Shown: piece after piece, positions 44,581 through 44,653 of the stretch
Layout: each line of letters opens with the position of its first letter
Numbering within the stretch: the stretch's first letter is position 1
IMG/VR virus record: IMGVR_UViG_3300049926_000041
Location: 1-44,653 of that record
Direction: 5' to 3' (one strand)
From: a virus
Lineage: Duplodnaviria > Caudoviricetes
DNA length: 44,653 bases
Position numbers and translations under genes: made by a program
The notes under the pieces: generated by a model
The model's input: only the letters and a program-made list of their open reading frames with translations
Told to the model about the DNA's origin: nothing
Databases searched by the model: none

Positions 44581-44653
44581 TTGCTTTTCCTATCGATGCG
44601 TTAACGCGGTTTCTGCTCAAGAGCGTGAGAACGCGGCAAGAAGTATATCAACC

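Larger units (their letters stand above)
1..44653. mobile_element. Temperate podovirus-type phage genome (BPP-1/epsilon15-like structural module), apparently unintegrated
   Basis: Terminase, portal, capsid, tubular tail A/B, large internal proteins and no tape-measure gene; cI/cro switch; integrase flanked by phage genes; no host genes seen. Confidence 0.9.

Noticed and set aside
1-44653. tRNA/rRNA genes and exact circular closure of the window
   Set aside because: No cloverleaf or T-loop was found by eye. Joining the ends gives a plausible short C-terminus for the 526 ORF, but no terminal overlap proves it.

Overview
This window is most or all of a roughly 44.7 kb, GC-rich temperate podovirus-type phage genome. 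Promoter, dif and IHF motif styles suggest an alphaproteobacterial (Rhizobiales-like) host, which is an inference. It appears unintegrated, because the tyrosine integrase and a candidate intact attP are flanked by phage genes on both sides. Layout: an early-left operon (PD-(D/E)XK exonuclease, Sak4-like ATPase, small genes); a lambda-like cI/cro switch with five 17-bp operators; an early-right operon (HNH, RusA, N6/N4 methyltransferase, initiator-like gene with iterons); a non-coding packaging-proximal region; terS/terL; a BPP-1/epsilon15-style head-tail module; a lysis region; and a minus-strand accessory arm with int/xis. The most unusual features are: (1) seven copies of a late promoter GAGTGCGTTG with ATG exactly 31-32 nt downstream in five of them (predicted leaderless mRNAs); (2) the only tail-spike-like gene carries a Sec signal peptide and 20 paired cysteines; (3) three dif-like XerCD sites with IHF sites, a 14-bp hairpin and a G-tract just before terS; (4) a roughly 290-nt structured non-coding element before the initiator gene; (5) a triple-hairpin capsid leader with an anti-RBS helix; (6) boundary repeats that delimit small accessory genes. 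Functional calls come from motifs read by eye; no searches were run.
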